A stretch of 64,000 bases of DNA from Kondoa subrosea (lineage: Eukaryota). This document shows positions 12,490 through 27,696 of this stretch, piece by piece; the stretch's first letter is position 1, and every line of letters starts with the position of its first letter. A model generated the notes under the pieces. It worked only from the letters and a program-made list of their open reading frames with translations. It ran no database searches and was not told where the DNA came from. The stretch covers positions 310,001-374,000 of the forward strand of contig BCIN01000006.1 of the NCBI GenBank assembly GCA_039545335.1, given 5' to 3'. The translations under genes and the position numbers were made by a program.

Positions 12490-13661
12490 TTACAATGGTC
12501 TCAAATCCATATCATCTTCTTCGTCACTTCCTCTGATTGAATTCGCATCATGCTTTACTTCCTCAGGCGGTTCAAAACGTGCTAAATCTTCTTCCAATAC
12601 ATGCTGATGATGATTCATGTTGTCTCTAGCATCATATTGACTATAACTATCGAACCCGCTGTTGTCTCTGTGAGAAAAAGGAACTTACCAATGAGACAGT
12701 CTCATTTAGCAAGAGCCGATTGCTCACCTTTGTATATGAGGACGCAAAATAGATTTGTTCCTGCTATTCGTACGAACAAGGGAAGAAGGACGAGATTGAG
12801 AGAACGAAAGCGAGGCAGAAAAGCTGTTCTGCTGAGTTTGAGATTCCCCGAGGTTGAAATTGGGTGGTGAAGCTGTGCGAGAAGAAGTATCGCTATCATC
12901 CAATTCATCTTCTTCCTGTGAATCCAGTCTTTTCGCGTCAGCTGCGATGAAGCAGATTAGAGAAAGCAAAGGCTCACATCTTCCGCTTCTATATATGTCA
13001 TGTCAGGCGGATCAGAAACAGGTTGTTCGATCTTGATCTTTGGTTTGAGTGATAAAACTTTAGGTTTAGATGTATGGAAACCTTGAGAGCTGAAAAGAGT
13101 AGATTGTTTGCCTTGCTGAGAAGATTGGAGTGGAGAAGATTTGCTGCTGGCGCTCTTCCTCTTGACTTGACTCATACTGATATTGATACCCGAATCATCT
13201 GCTTCCTGCTTATCCCTTTCTGCTTTGGCAGCTTGAGCCCATTCCTCAGCTTCTTGCTCATTAGCGGGTATGAGCAGCTCCTCTTCTGTCCATTCTCTTT
13301 CTTTCTCCTTCAATAGTCGAGCAGCAGCATAAGGTGAGTATTCATAATGACTCTTCATGCGTCTTGTGAGCGCACGCTGAATACCATACTGCAAGGGATG
13401 CTGATCAAAGGGATGTTGATAAGCGAAACCTTCCAGCTCAGGATGACGTTGTCTGTACTCCTTGACTTGTTCTTGTATAGCATTGATCCGATCTTGTTGA
13501 CTTGGTGAAGCTTCACGAGAACAGGGAGCTAATTCAAATGGGACAGAATCGTAAGGATTGGCTGTATCGACTACTCCATATTGATAAGAAGAAGGAGGAG
13601 CAAAGTTTCGCCAGTCTGAAACTGAAACGGGCGATTCTGGGCAGCAGTCGCTTAACATCAT
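12490..13661 (-). CDS. Hypothetical protein, multi-exon, low complexity; start uncertain
   Basis: 234-aa open exon 12957-13661, then short GT-AG separated exons ending ...DEEDDMDLRPL*. Confidence 0.55.
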
Positions 13662-14308
13662 ATCAGGTAGTTGCGCAAGGCAGGACCGTGCTGTGCAGTC
13701 AAAGAGGCCAGTGAAGGCTGTCAGAGCAGCACAGCAAGGCTATAGCATGTGGCTACGAATGATTGCCTTCAAAGATAGAGATGCGTCGCCGACCGAGAGC
13801 AACAGAGCGCAGCAACTCTTGCAACTCTTTCGAAAACGGTCACTCCTCTCGATTCTCTACTGCACTCTGCTTCATGTCTACTGTCCCATAATATGATGGA
13901 AGTACATTCATCATGGTCTACATTTATTTCAGATTGCGCGGAATGCACTGCGCGTCATTTATCTTCTTCAAGCGTGTTCTCTACTTCGGGCGAATCATCT
14001 CTGCTCTGCTGTTATCTCTCTGTTCTGTGTGTATATGCTCGAGCAAGCCTCCCATATGTATTCATGCATGAAGTAGCATATTGCCAATTTGTCTGATTAC
14101 CAAAATGACTTCACTTCAGTCAGGGCACTCAAACGAGTCCATTCTTCTCGCATTCGAGACTACAGAGGTCTTCTAGCTCTCCTGCCACTCAGGAGTCGGT
14201 TCTCTTTGACTCGTATATCTTGTTTTCCAGTGCTTTTCAGCATTTTTGGGATTGTGCTTGGTTTTCGCTCCTTCTTTCTCTTCTTTTCCTTCTCATACAA
14301 TCATAATC

Positions 14309-15380
14309 ATGGCTTACAAATCTCTTCCTTCCAAAACCAGAGCTTCCAAGAAGTCTAAGTCAAAAAAAGTCTCAGCTGATGAGCCAGATCTCAACAAAGC
14401 TCTTCCTGCACTCAAGGCTGTCGCGGAGACTATGACTAAAAGATGGCTACTCGGAGCTTTTTTCGATCCAGATTGCTACAAATCTGTCAAACCAGATCCT
14501 GTTCGAAAACATGTCTGCGATCACTCTTACTGTCAAACTCAACTGGAAGAAGTTCGAGAAGAAGCTGAAGAGAAAGCTATTGATGATTATCATTCTTATC
14601 AAGATGATTTGGCAGCCTTACAAGCTCAAATCGATTTATCAGATCGGAATGGCAAAGACAACATTGTTCTTCGCCAACGAATTGTTCAGCTTACGGATTG
14701 CAAGAAAGCTCTGGAAGCTACAAACAACCGTCTCACTCGTCATATGGATACTGTTCCTACTTTACTTTCTTCCCTCTCTTCAGCTAACTGCAAAATTGAA
14801 CAACTTGAAGTTGAAAAGGAACATCTTCAAGCTCAATTGGCTGCAACTCAAGCCAAGTTGCAACAATTATTGGTACTGCTTGTTCTGGCTATATTTATTT
14901 GCGGTCTTCTGCCTGGTTGGATTAATGGGCTGGGATTGATGGGTCTAGTTTGGCAGTTTGCAATTAGCAAAGAACAGTTTGGTAAGCTTCTTCTTTCCTT
15001 GATGGTTGATCAATCTCTAATAATCAATTTCAACAGTTTTGGCTTTCTTGGAATCGATCTTTGATCCAACTCCATCAATCCCTGAACCAATCGAACCCGT
15101 TCAAGTTCTCACACCTCTTCTGCCAGCTGCCTCGATCATCCAACACTCTCCTGCAGCTTCACCACCTCCTTCACCATCTCCCTCACCTTCTTCTTCTTCG
15201 ACTACTTCCTCACCTCGATCAGTTCGCTTCAGCCCAATCCTTTCGGAACAACAGTACTTTTTCGATTCACCACCTTCTTCTCCGATGTGTGGACCAGAAG
15301 AAGGAAATCCTCTGGCCAGATACGCAAGTGCAAGAAGGATGGATTCTGGGTATTGGAGCGAAAGAAAACCTTCTCTCTGA
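14309..15380 (+). CDS. Hypothetical coiled-coil protein with TM segment and Pro/Ser-rich tail
   Basis: Long ORF from ATG 14309; heptad-like L/Q/E region; hydrophobic LLVLLVLAIFICGLL; one intron ~14982-15036. Confidence 0.65.
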
Positions 15381-15810
15381 AATGTTGGGTTTTCGGACTT
15401 GAAGCTTGAATAGACGGGTTGAGGTTTATAAAGAGTACAGTAAATTAGTATTAGTATATAACCTAGACATTGCTCTTGTTAGTGATTATTGTTTTGGATA
15501 TCGATAGATGTGCTTTGTAGATAGTTCAGTAATTGAATTTAGCATTGAATGCCACGGTTTCATTGAAAACAAGTAGTAACACCCATCAGAGAACAAGGAA
15601 AGTTAGCAAGAACGTCTGGTACACTCGACATGACTCCGAGCGAGTGGAACAGCAGAAAGCGCGAGACGAGAAAACAAAGTGTCAAGAGAATGTGTCACTT
15701 GTGCTTGTGAACCAATTCCATTTCGCATTGACTCTTTTTGCAAAACACCTCTAAAAGAATCCCATAAAGTTGTCGAATCCACCTGGTCTGTTTCTCCAAA
15801 AGACAAGCGC

Positions 15811-17607
<1,797 letters not shown>

Positions 17608-18567
17608 TGTAAAGATATGTAGCAGAGTGAAGAGAGTTTCTTAAAAGACTCGTTCGTGAGCAAGAGGTGCAAGAAGTTATACGGGTCATGATTATTCGCG
17701 TTTCGGATACACACCGATGCTATGCTGAGTACAAGATATGCATCGCCCTATGATTTGACTATCCCTTCTCACCATTCTGTGTATTCCGAAGCTAAGTAAA
17801 ATCCTTCCTGTTGCTCTGAAGTCAGACCTTGGGACGGGAGCTGCTGCCCGGGCGCGCGAGCATAGCGACACGTGGGAGAGATCTGCGCAAAGACTATTAC
17901 GCTTCCATCCCCTGGAGCATACTAGAAATCTCTCACAATCCGTCGGACAGGCTTCCATACTGAGATTTGTGGAGACATAAAGACATATTCAGAGAAGCAA
18001 GACAAAGAGCAATGCCGGTCATTGAGCAGACTCGATTAATTGCGACAAGCACGGTCTACTCCGTGTACCAATGTACACAAGCGAGAAACAGAATATATGC
18101 GCCAGATGAAAAGGTATTGCATGGAACCAAGGAAAGTGAAGAAAACCAGCAGGACTGTTCATACATAGCATTGCTTGTAGCTCTAGAAGCACAGCTGAAG
18201 CGAAAGAAGAGACGAAGGAAGAGCACAGCATAAAGCGTAATGTCCGAAACTTTTCTCGCATCACGAGATGCAACACTTGAAGCGCGCGCAAGCCAACGAT
18301 GATTGGAAAAAGTGAACAGTTATCGCTCAAACTTCAAAGACCTGCTGAGTTGACAGATCGCTGTTTGCCTCATATCCGCCCAAGTCTTGCTCGAACTTCG
18401 GTTTGTTCCAAAGCCACCACTCTTCTCTTTTTCTCTTGTGAGTCTTTCTCTTGGTAGTCGGCCTGCAGCAAACGAAGCTCGGTCGGCTCCTCGAAACGGG
18501 AAAGCAAGGAAAGCTGACTTTTTTTTTGTTCCCAAGTTTTTCTCTTCTCCCTAACGATCAACAAGCG

Positions 18568-19517
18568 ATGGCCGACGATTCGTAAGTCCCATAGAAAAAG
18601 GGCTCGTGGTAGATCCAAGGCTTATCAGATGTTGGAAACAGTCACCATGAACAGACCTTGTGAGTTTGAATAGAAAGTCGATAATATGTAATGGCAATAT
18701 GCTGATCCTATTCTCGATAGCGAGAGCGTCTCTGCTGGCGCTTCTGCCACCTGTACGTTGCCATAATGTAGGCCAGCCGGTAATTAGAGCTCAAATTGGG
18801 ATCCATTTACAGACCCTATGCAATGCTCAGCTTTGAGAAAGGGTGGACACGTGAGTGATTCTTTTCGTCTGCTGCAGGTCTCAGCTGAGCGCAAAGGAAC
18901 TGTCATAGGTTGTTATCAAAAACAGACCTTGCAAGATTGTCGATGTAGGCGTCAAAAGGTTATTATGTATCAGCAATAGCTGATTAACCCTTGGTCTACA
19001 GATGTCTACTTCCAAGACTGGAAAGCATGGTCACGCCAAAGTCCATCTCATCGCTATTGATATCTTCACCACAAAGAAACTTGAAGAAATTTGCCCTTCC
19101 ACCCACAACATGGATGTCCCTAACGTCGGACGTGTCGAATACACTCTTGTTAACATTGATGACGGTTTCCTCAACTTGATGACCGCTGAAGGATCTGAAA
19201 AGAGTGCGCAACTTGTCTGTGATGTACATTCTAAGTACTAACCTAACTCTCCATGTGCACAGATGATGTCAAGGTCCCTGAAGGCGAAGTCGGTGAACAG
19301 ATTGAGAAGGATTTCGAAGATGGAAAGGAATTGGTCGTCACCATTGTTTCCGCGTGAGTATCGCTTTGTATGCGCTTTCAGGTTCACAATGCTGATTCCC
19401 TTTGCTAGTATGGGCGAAGAGCACTGCTTGGCTGTCAAGGAAGCTCCTCAAGGGTTTGTTCTTGTCTTAGGTTCCGTCTTCCTGCTGACATCGCTCTTAC
19501 ATCCATACAGAAAGTAG
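18568..19517 (+). CDS. HYP2: Translation factor eIF5A, 9 coding exons
   Basis: Hypusine motif [39 protein letters not shown]. Confidence 0.98.
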
Positions 19518-20035
19518 ATTCACCCCTGCAAGCTGTAACACCCTATTTGGCCAACTGTTCTCCTTCAATCTTCTCCATCGACTCTCTCTTCCCTCTCTGC
19601 AAAATCTCAAGGGTCAAAATCAATCTGTCGCTGTAGCAAATTTAGTCGGTTTAGTTCTTGGCTTCATTGGGGTTTTACGAGCAGCAAAAAGACCAAAAAC
19701 TCTATTCATGTACTTTTGCATCGACCCCCTTTATAGAGATTTACCTTTGCATTATCCTCATTGGGCCTAGAATCGTTTGGTCAGAGTTTGCCTACCCGTC
19801 GCTCTCTGTCTTTAACTTTGAGCTTCCATCGATTTCTCTTTGTGCTTCTCGCTAGTCGAGCTGTCTGCATCGCTGTGTTCGGCTCTCGAGATGCGTGGCC
19901 GGTTGCCCAATCAGCGAGACCGAGAGATTCGCTTCTATATACAGACTTCGGAATTTCCAATAAGTTAAGATCTATCCATCCACATTCACAATATTAATAT
20001 GTACAACATATACTCTCTTAATCTTATGAAAGGCA

Positions 20036-21677
20036 TCAAACCCGATCTTCTGCCTTTACAACTTTCTCGTTCTCTTCTTCATTATCTTCAAGTTTCTCGT
20101 CTTTCTCTAGATTAGTAGCCGGTGTTTTGTCCAAGACTTGCTTCTCTTCAATGCCATTCATAGAAACAGGTCTGTGATCCGACCCAGGGAAGTATGTCGA
20201 ATACCGCTCGGAGTTTGGAATGAGGCTAGACCGTCGTCTGCTGGCCCGTACATCTAAATATTTTTCGCTCTGTAAGACAATAAAAATTGCTTTTAGACTT
20301 GGAATAGCCTGACAGGTAACGATGATCACTGACCTTTGTTTCATCAATATCGTCTGCTTCAATATCTACAGACTGATGTGTCGCTTTGTCAACTCGGATA
20401 CCTCTGCATGGATATTCAGCTAACAGTCTATTGCAAGAGATGCGAAAGACTTACGCCACAACGCGACTGGTAGCGCCTGCATCAAAAGAGTTAACGGAAG
20501 CTTGTTGTCTAGATCGAGTAGCTTTTGTGGCTGTATTTTGAGCGTTCTCTTCTGAAGGACTAGTCAGAACTGCCAAGCAGAGAGTATTGATCAATACGTC
20601 CAACGTGCAGACTTTTTATTCCGATCAGTTCTCGCTGATCAACTTGCAGAAAGGCAAAGGTAAAGTAGCTTACTTGAGAGACACATCCAGCCTAATTCCC
20701 CCTTTTTGACAATAATGACTGTGATGTTGGTAAAACTGGTTGCCATTCCCACTATAGCGGCAATTAAAGACTTGTAAGCCAATCTTCTAAGTCTTGAGGA
20801 TTTAGGCGTATGAAATAGAGGCCACATGAAAGCGCAACAGAGATACATTGAGATGACAGCATCCCACGCGGCAAGGGAAAGAGATTTCATCGGTATTCCA
20901 ATATGACATTCTCCGTTGGATTGTATTCGAGATTCGCGATTGATGATGAATAGGATGAGGATAGGTACACCAGCAAGGTAGGTTATTGCTCCACCCAACC
21001 ATGCGCGAGACTTGAAATGCGAATGGAGCGAAGAGACAATCTGTTCTCAAACCGGTCAAATGATATCTCGCCTGAGGACATTGAACTCACAAAGACCCGT
21101 TCCAGCAGAAAAGCGTACATGAACACCTTGGTTGCGACATATGCTGTAACACAGAGGATGATCTACACATCGTTAACCCCAGCAGCATCAGCTAATTTTC
21201 AGTGACGTACTGCATTCGCGCACATGCGCTCCGTCGCCAATCCCTATATATGCATCAGATGATGCAAACATGCAGAATGCCAGCAGAATACTCACCACGC
21301 CAAATTGCATGAAACCATTTGCAAACACGAAGATGAAAGAGGTGAGGTAAGTCATGACCAGAGCAACCTTGCAGAGCCATTTGCCAGTTAGCGAAGGAGC
21401 TCTCAGCCGATATATGAGCTCGATCGAAAAGTAAAAGTTCTGCGAGAGCTTACTTGCATAGACCAATCATGGTTGGTGCCCATATTGTGATGACACTCGC
21501 GTTGACGCAAAGAGTGATCATGAAGATCTGAAGAAATCTGTTTAGAGAATGAATATCTATGTTCAGTACAATACGTACGAGTACATTGATGGCTTGAGCT
21601 GCTTGTGAACTCCAATGAATCCGAACCTCATGACCAGCAACTGCTACGATATGGCCATTATCCATGTCCATGTCCAT
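20036..21677 (-). CDS. Uncharacterised multi-pass (about 7-TM) membrane protein, multi-exon
   Basis: Successive hydrophobic exons (LQIFMITLCV, ALVMTYLTSFIFVFA, AYVATKVFMYAFLLER, WDAVISMYLCCAFMWPLF, ELGWMCLSS); hydrophilic C-tail. Confidence 0.75.
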
Positions 21678-22329
21678 CTTCGTCTGGGGTAACAGCACAG
21701 CTGATTGGAGTAGTTACAAGAGGCTGATCAGCCCGACCACAGACCGACTTGTCCAGTCAAATGGCTTTCAGCCCAGATTCGAGCGATTTTGTAGTATCGT
21801 GACGACTTGAAGCGAGCAGAATTAGGGATGAAGTAAGCAATAGAACAAGATGCATATCAATAATATACAAATTCGGGGAACAAAAACAGACGGGTCGCGG
21901 TGCCGCGAACAAAAAGCCGTTGCGATCTATCCGCTTCCGCTTTTGGGCAATAGCAACTTTAAAGCAAACTTAGCAGCGATCTGCATCGCCGGGATCTGCG
22001 ATATTCCCAAGCTGAGATAACAGAAAGTTACACTCAAGATTAAGGCTGGGAATGACGAAGTTTGAAATCAATGTTTTCGAAAAAGAGAAGATTTGCAGCA
22101 ATCAAGCCAAAAGAACGCATAGGAGACAGCTGTCGTCTCAGAATACACCCAAAGGATGAATGTTGGTGCTCAAGGTGCAATGAAGGAAAAGAGAAACGAA
22201 ATTTTGGAACAGCAGGCAAATAACAGGAATGGGACTCGGGTGCGTAATTGAAGCTCTTGTCAGCACAGAATGTTAGAACGCATATCAGCAAATACGGTGC
22301 GCTGCAATGATGCCATACCGTGAAATGAA

Positions 22330-23313
22330 TTAAGTATTTTTCAGCATTGGTATTAGCTCATCAAGACCAGATATAACCTGTACTCCTTTATCTTGCGCAT
22401 CGTATGCTTTCGCGCCAGGTCGCATCGGTTCTTCATGATCTCTTCGCAACAGAACGGCTCGCATGCCTGCATTTTGAGCACCCAAGATGTCTCTGATGAA
22501 AGTGCGAGACCATGAGCCATACACTTCGAATAAGATAGCTTTTCCTCACTCTTCGTAATCATCACCTACGACTAGACACCGAGAGGGATCTGTTTCTCCC
22601 GTACGTTGCATAGCAGCTTTGAAAATGCCCTTGTCAGGCTTCTCTACTCCTTCCTCCCAGCTTGTGGTTATTGCCTCACGGCTGATGTATCGAGTAACAA
22701 TGTCGAGATCTTGTAATGCTGAAACGATGCGAGAATCTGAGTTGGAGATGATGCCTAGCTTTGGCTGGGAAGACAAAGCAGAAAGCGAAGAAAAGAAGAC
22801 TTTTACGTCTGATGGGAGCGTGTAACCTTGAGATGATGAAAATTGCTCGAGTAAGGCTGGTACAAGAGTGGGCAAAGTGATTTGAAGATCTAAGACAGAG
22901 ATCCATGTCAACTGGGTCAGACACAAACCAGAACCTTCCGAACGAACCTGAACCTGCTACACCTGCTTCTTCAAATGTCCTCTCTATGATTAAAGTCCAC
23001 CACTCAGTCGGATTCAGTCCAGCTGCTTTGCCATACAAAGGATAACGAGCATGGACCTCCTTGAAAGCTAGCGTTAACGATTAATTCTGATGTATCGCTA
23101 GTTTGATATGCCACTGACATGTCTTGAAAGCTGATTTCACCTCTTCGTCCTGAACATATAGACCATATGAACGAGCGATAGATGCCTATGTCGTTCACGA
23201 GAGATGAGAGTATGGCTTATATATCAAAGAACACTCACATACTGCTGATAGATGGGTTTACGTGGCACCAGCAGTGTACCGAACGCATCGAACAAAATTG
23301 TTGAAATGCTCAT
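22330..23313 (-). CDS. HAD-superfamily hydrolase, HDHD3/Dpi35-like
   Basis: Motif I ILFDAFGTLL, motif II GIISNSDSR, EGVEKPDKGIF, VVGDDYEE and GAQNAGM. Confidence 0.9.
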
Positions 23314-23659
23314 GTCTGAAATTGCAATGACTTGTTCCAAACGAAGGAGATACCCAGAAGGAAAGCACAGAGACAGAAGAAGAGGACAGGATAGGTGGGA
23401 ACCAGCGCAAGAGCGCGCAGCAAGGGCGGGACTTGGCAAGAGAATTCGCAGAGTCTTGATTAGAACTCTGTGAAGCAAAGAGCGTTGGTATCTGCGGTCT
23501 ACAACTCTTGGAGAACACGGCGCTCAAGTACGGGGGTATCTGCACTGGATAGGCGGTCTTCAGCGGCCGAGAGCGCTAGTTCTACGTCAACCTTATCATC
23601 TCGCAGGAATCGAACAGCTTCGGCGCAAGTCTCAAAGCAAGCTGCTTCGAACCACTGCC

Positions 23660-24401
23660 GTGCAACATCTCCATGCCGACACAGGCAGAAGAAGGGCGAG
23701 GTCTAATCTGAGTATTACCATAGTCTGAACGAGACTTCAGCTTTCAAGCATAGAGCTCAGGCTAGCGAGCCCTTCTGCTGACGCTGCCTGATCGTGATTA
23801 TCCGGTGCAAGTTCTTCCGCTCGAGTCAAGATGCTACTTTGCTTGCTACGAGGGAACTCTTCGATCGCCTCTACAATACTGCTTCTGTCGCCGATACGCT
23901 GAAGCGGGAGCAAGACACGCGATTAGACATCAAGCAACCCAAGTATGAACGACAGGCGTTGGCCAACAACCATCATAAACAGCTGATCGCACCAACCGAC
24001 AGAATGCCGCGTGTAAGTTGCTCTCTTTCCCTTATATCTAGCCTCAGCTGATAGTCAATAGATGCAAGAGCGATCCGACTTGCTCGATACTTCTCTCGTT
24101 GCGCTTCGTTCGCCCTTCAAATTCATAACTCAAGTCACTGGTTCTTTTCCTCGCTCTACGATCTCTGAAGTAGCGAAGTCGGATAATACTATCTTTGCTA
24201 CACTCGTCCATCTCCCGCCGCTGCTCGATATTTCTATGGAGCTTGCGATGCTTTTAGACAAAGAGCGAAACGACGCTCATTCGCTTTCGGCAAGTGATGA
24301 GGTTATTCTGGTGCCAGACTAGATAGCGTCTTGCTTATGCTCACTGAAAGCTGATTCCTTGAGCATGGGAAGATCTTGAGATTGGAAGTATTGATAGAAT
24401 A
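23660..24401 (+). CDS. Hypothetical protein; structure and both ends uncertain
   Basis: Two protein-like open exons (about 23830-24011 and 24062-24289) joined by a canonical GTAAGT...CTGAT...TAG intron. Confidence 0.35.
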
Positions 24402-25037
24402 GCGAGAAAAAGTACGGAGCGATTCTCAGCCAAGCGAGAAGACTTAGTGCAGCAGCTGCTCGGATCAGCTGACAATCCAAAGTGAGTGGGTCCAGTTATA
24501 CAGTCTTTGCTTCATTTATTCTCTACCGAGGCTTTGCCAGGCCGCATCAGCGTCCAACATGGCTATTTTTGCATCCCGATCACAAGGCTTGGCCGACAAA
24601 TCCACCTCACATATAGTCTCAGCAGCTGCTCATATAGCTATCGCTAGATGATTGGTTAAAATATACAGTCCTCCTTCTACTACCTGTTCCTACCGTACTA
24701 AGATTGGCTTGCTCGCTCGCTAAGATAACTGTCTCTCAACTCCTCATTGATTTATAGTAGCCCTTCTACTTGTTGCTGCAAAATGCTGTTTGTAGTCGCT
24801 GGCAATGTTACCAATATCCCGTCACGTAATAAACGCCAAGACAGCTTCCCGCTACCTCCAGCTTAGCGACCAGGGTCGCGTATTCCGGTAATGAGCTGAT
24901 AATGGTGGTGAGGCACCGCTTGATCGGCTGTGCCTGTCTGTCCTTTACTCCGATCGTATCTCCAATAAATACTTATTCAAGCTTATGCTACCTCCGCATC
25001 CTGCCTTTGCTGTGATCGACCAACTTACCCAGCAAGA

Positions 25038-27609
25038 ATGTCTAAAGCTTCTCGCGGTGCTCCAGGATTGGATCCGTGCGAAGTCTGCAAAAGGAAAAGA
25101 ATCAAATGCGAATTGTCTACTAGTTCAACTGTTTGCCGATCATGCCAGGCGGAAGGAGTTCAATGCACCTTCGAAGATATCGGATGCAAGCGAAAAGAGT
25201 CCGTCAGTGCATTAAAGGTAAGGACTGCGTTTATTGTTATGGCTTCAAGCGGTTGAGCGGAAGGAAAACAGTTGAAAGTACAACAATTGGAGGCAGAAGT
25301 GTCAAGACTCAAGCATCAGCAGCGTTCAGACTGCAGTACTACTGATGGTAGTCTGTGGAGAAGAGACAGCTCGTCGAGTGCTGATTCACCTACGCCTATA
25401 ACACCGTTTTCGAACTCGCAAGCGGGATCTTCTCGCTTGGCAAATGTACCAAATCCCGTCGATTGGCGGAATACATCCGCTGTAGAGGCGGATCTGAGCT
25501 GTCTTGCTGAAAGATTAACAATATCTGGATCTGGGTGCGTAGTCTTCACTTCCCGACAGGACACCCCCAGCTCACCTTGACTGTGATCGGAACAGCGAGA
25601 CGTTCTCCTATGGTCCTAGTAAGCAGATATACCACAGCTTATGGCTGTTCTGAACCATTTCACAGCATCGAATCCCTTGTTGGTTACAGACACACCGCCT
25701 TTGAGCCCGATTTTGCAACCTACCGTTTGTCCTTCGCATTATCTACCACGAGGTACCAGTGAGTCTAGACCATTCTCTGTTGTCGCATTTAAATGAACCT
25801 CTGTGGTTCAGCTCCAGGGTTGGTTGATCATTTGTTGAGGCTATACTTCCGATGGGTAAGTATAGCTTTAAAACATGCATATTAATGGATTGACTTTATA
25901 TCAGCATCATCCGCTATTCATCTTCTTCTCCAAACCGATGTTTCTCGCTCAATTGTCGACGGGCGGAAAATATTGTACTCCTTTGCTTCTCAACGCTGTT
26001 CTAGCATATGCTGTTAGTACAAGACTCGCTGAACATACTTCGCTTGCTGATATTGGAGCAGTCAGCTATTTCGGACCGCGAGGAAGTGCGAAGCAATGCA
26101 TCGGATGCATCTACTGCGGGCGCTGCTTTCCTTCAAATGGCTCAACGCTTGCTCGATTCCGAATTATACAATAATCCAACAGTCAGCACTGTGGCTGCTT
26201 TGAATATTATGGCAAAGTCAGTTTCCTTCTTGTATTCCCTTGATCAAGGTCCAGTCTTACACCTTGGCCAGGCGGGAAGCGGCTTACGGACGAGCAAATA
26301 TCGGTTGGGTACTATCAGGAATAGCCCATCGAGTAGCTACGGGTTTAGGTCTTCACATCGATCCTACTCCGCTGGTGAAAGATGGTCTTTTGAGTCAGGA
26401 CGATGCAAGAGCTAGACAGATGTAAGTCTTCCACCAATGTTCTGCTCTACCTTGGCTGATTAGTATGACAGTGCCTTCTATGGCACTTATGCGAATGACA
26501 AAGCCTGGTCTGCCTATCTGGGTAGGCCTGATGCCATTCGACCTAACATAGTCACAACTCCGAGAGTCAAAGAGTGGGAAGGTGAAGACATTCCTGTAGC
26601 CCGTCCGTCTGCACTGCCTCTCTGCAAATAAGTAGCTAATACAGTAACAGATTCTTCAAGTCCCGACTATACAAGCTTTCCAGGGTTGCTGCACGCCAAC
26701 GTAGTCTGTGAGTACATATTAGGCCCCATTCGCCTGCTTCTGATCGATCTTGTCCTCACAGTTTATCGATTTCTTGACCTGTGGCTCATCTTCAATAGAA
26801 TGCTGCATCAGCTGTACTTCGACACGCCAAGACCGACAAGTCCTATGCAACCAGCAAAAGACCTGGAACGTTCTGTGCAACTCTGGCGAGACGATCTACC
26901 TGCGTACGCTAAAATGAAAAGCGAATTCATGGGTCCCATAGTAACGCAATTGCAGTAAGCCCATGTCAGCCCCGAAAATAGTTTGTATAACAAGTTTTTG
27001 CTACTCTTGCGCAGTATGTTAGCGGAAACTTTCTTATTACTGGCTTTCCGACCTCATTTGGATTCACAAGAAATCAGCCCAAGTCCTCGTGCTCGATGTC
27101 TGAAAGCAGCAAAGAACGTGGCTCACCTTCTTTCACAATTCAAGACTTATTTTGGCTTGTAAGCCCTTGCTGTCTTTAACCAGCATTGACTAATGCTTAA
27201 CATCAGACGGATTGTCTCATTGGTCTTCATTATGGAAATCAGTAATGCATCAACTGTATTCATCTACGAAGCAGGCAAGAACAACAAGGAAGTCTATGCT
27301 CCGCTTGAACTATGTATTTCCTCGCTGGAAGAAATGGGTCGCAATGGTTGGAAAAGCGCTCAGAGAGCAGCAAGAGGTCTACGAGTCTTGGAGAAACAGG
27401 CTAGAAGTCAAGCAGCCGCAGCAGATCAAAAGCATCAAGAGTTTTTGCCTGCACCTGTCATTGTTGCGCCTCAAGCTGCATCGTGCTTCATGATGGATAG
27501 CAATTTTAGCATGTTCGAAGATCCCTATGGCACCCCAGCAAGCTCGAATCAAAGCTACTTTGGTCATCAAGGCATGAGCCAGTCGTCGAACGATCCCTAT
27601 TTGTATTGA
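25038..27609 (+). CDS. Zn(II)2Cys6 transcription factor with Fungal_trans middle domain
   Basis: CEVCKRKRIKC...CRSCQAEGVQC; LYFRW..HHPLF, GIAHRVATGLGLHID and DKAWSAYLGRP. Confidence 0.95.
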
Positions 27610-27696
27610 AGAATTGGTATTTGTAGCAGTTGGGTAGTAGGGGTTTGGGGTGTTGTTTAGCGTAAGAAGTGTTAGTAGATTGTTTCTATAGTTGTA

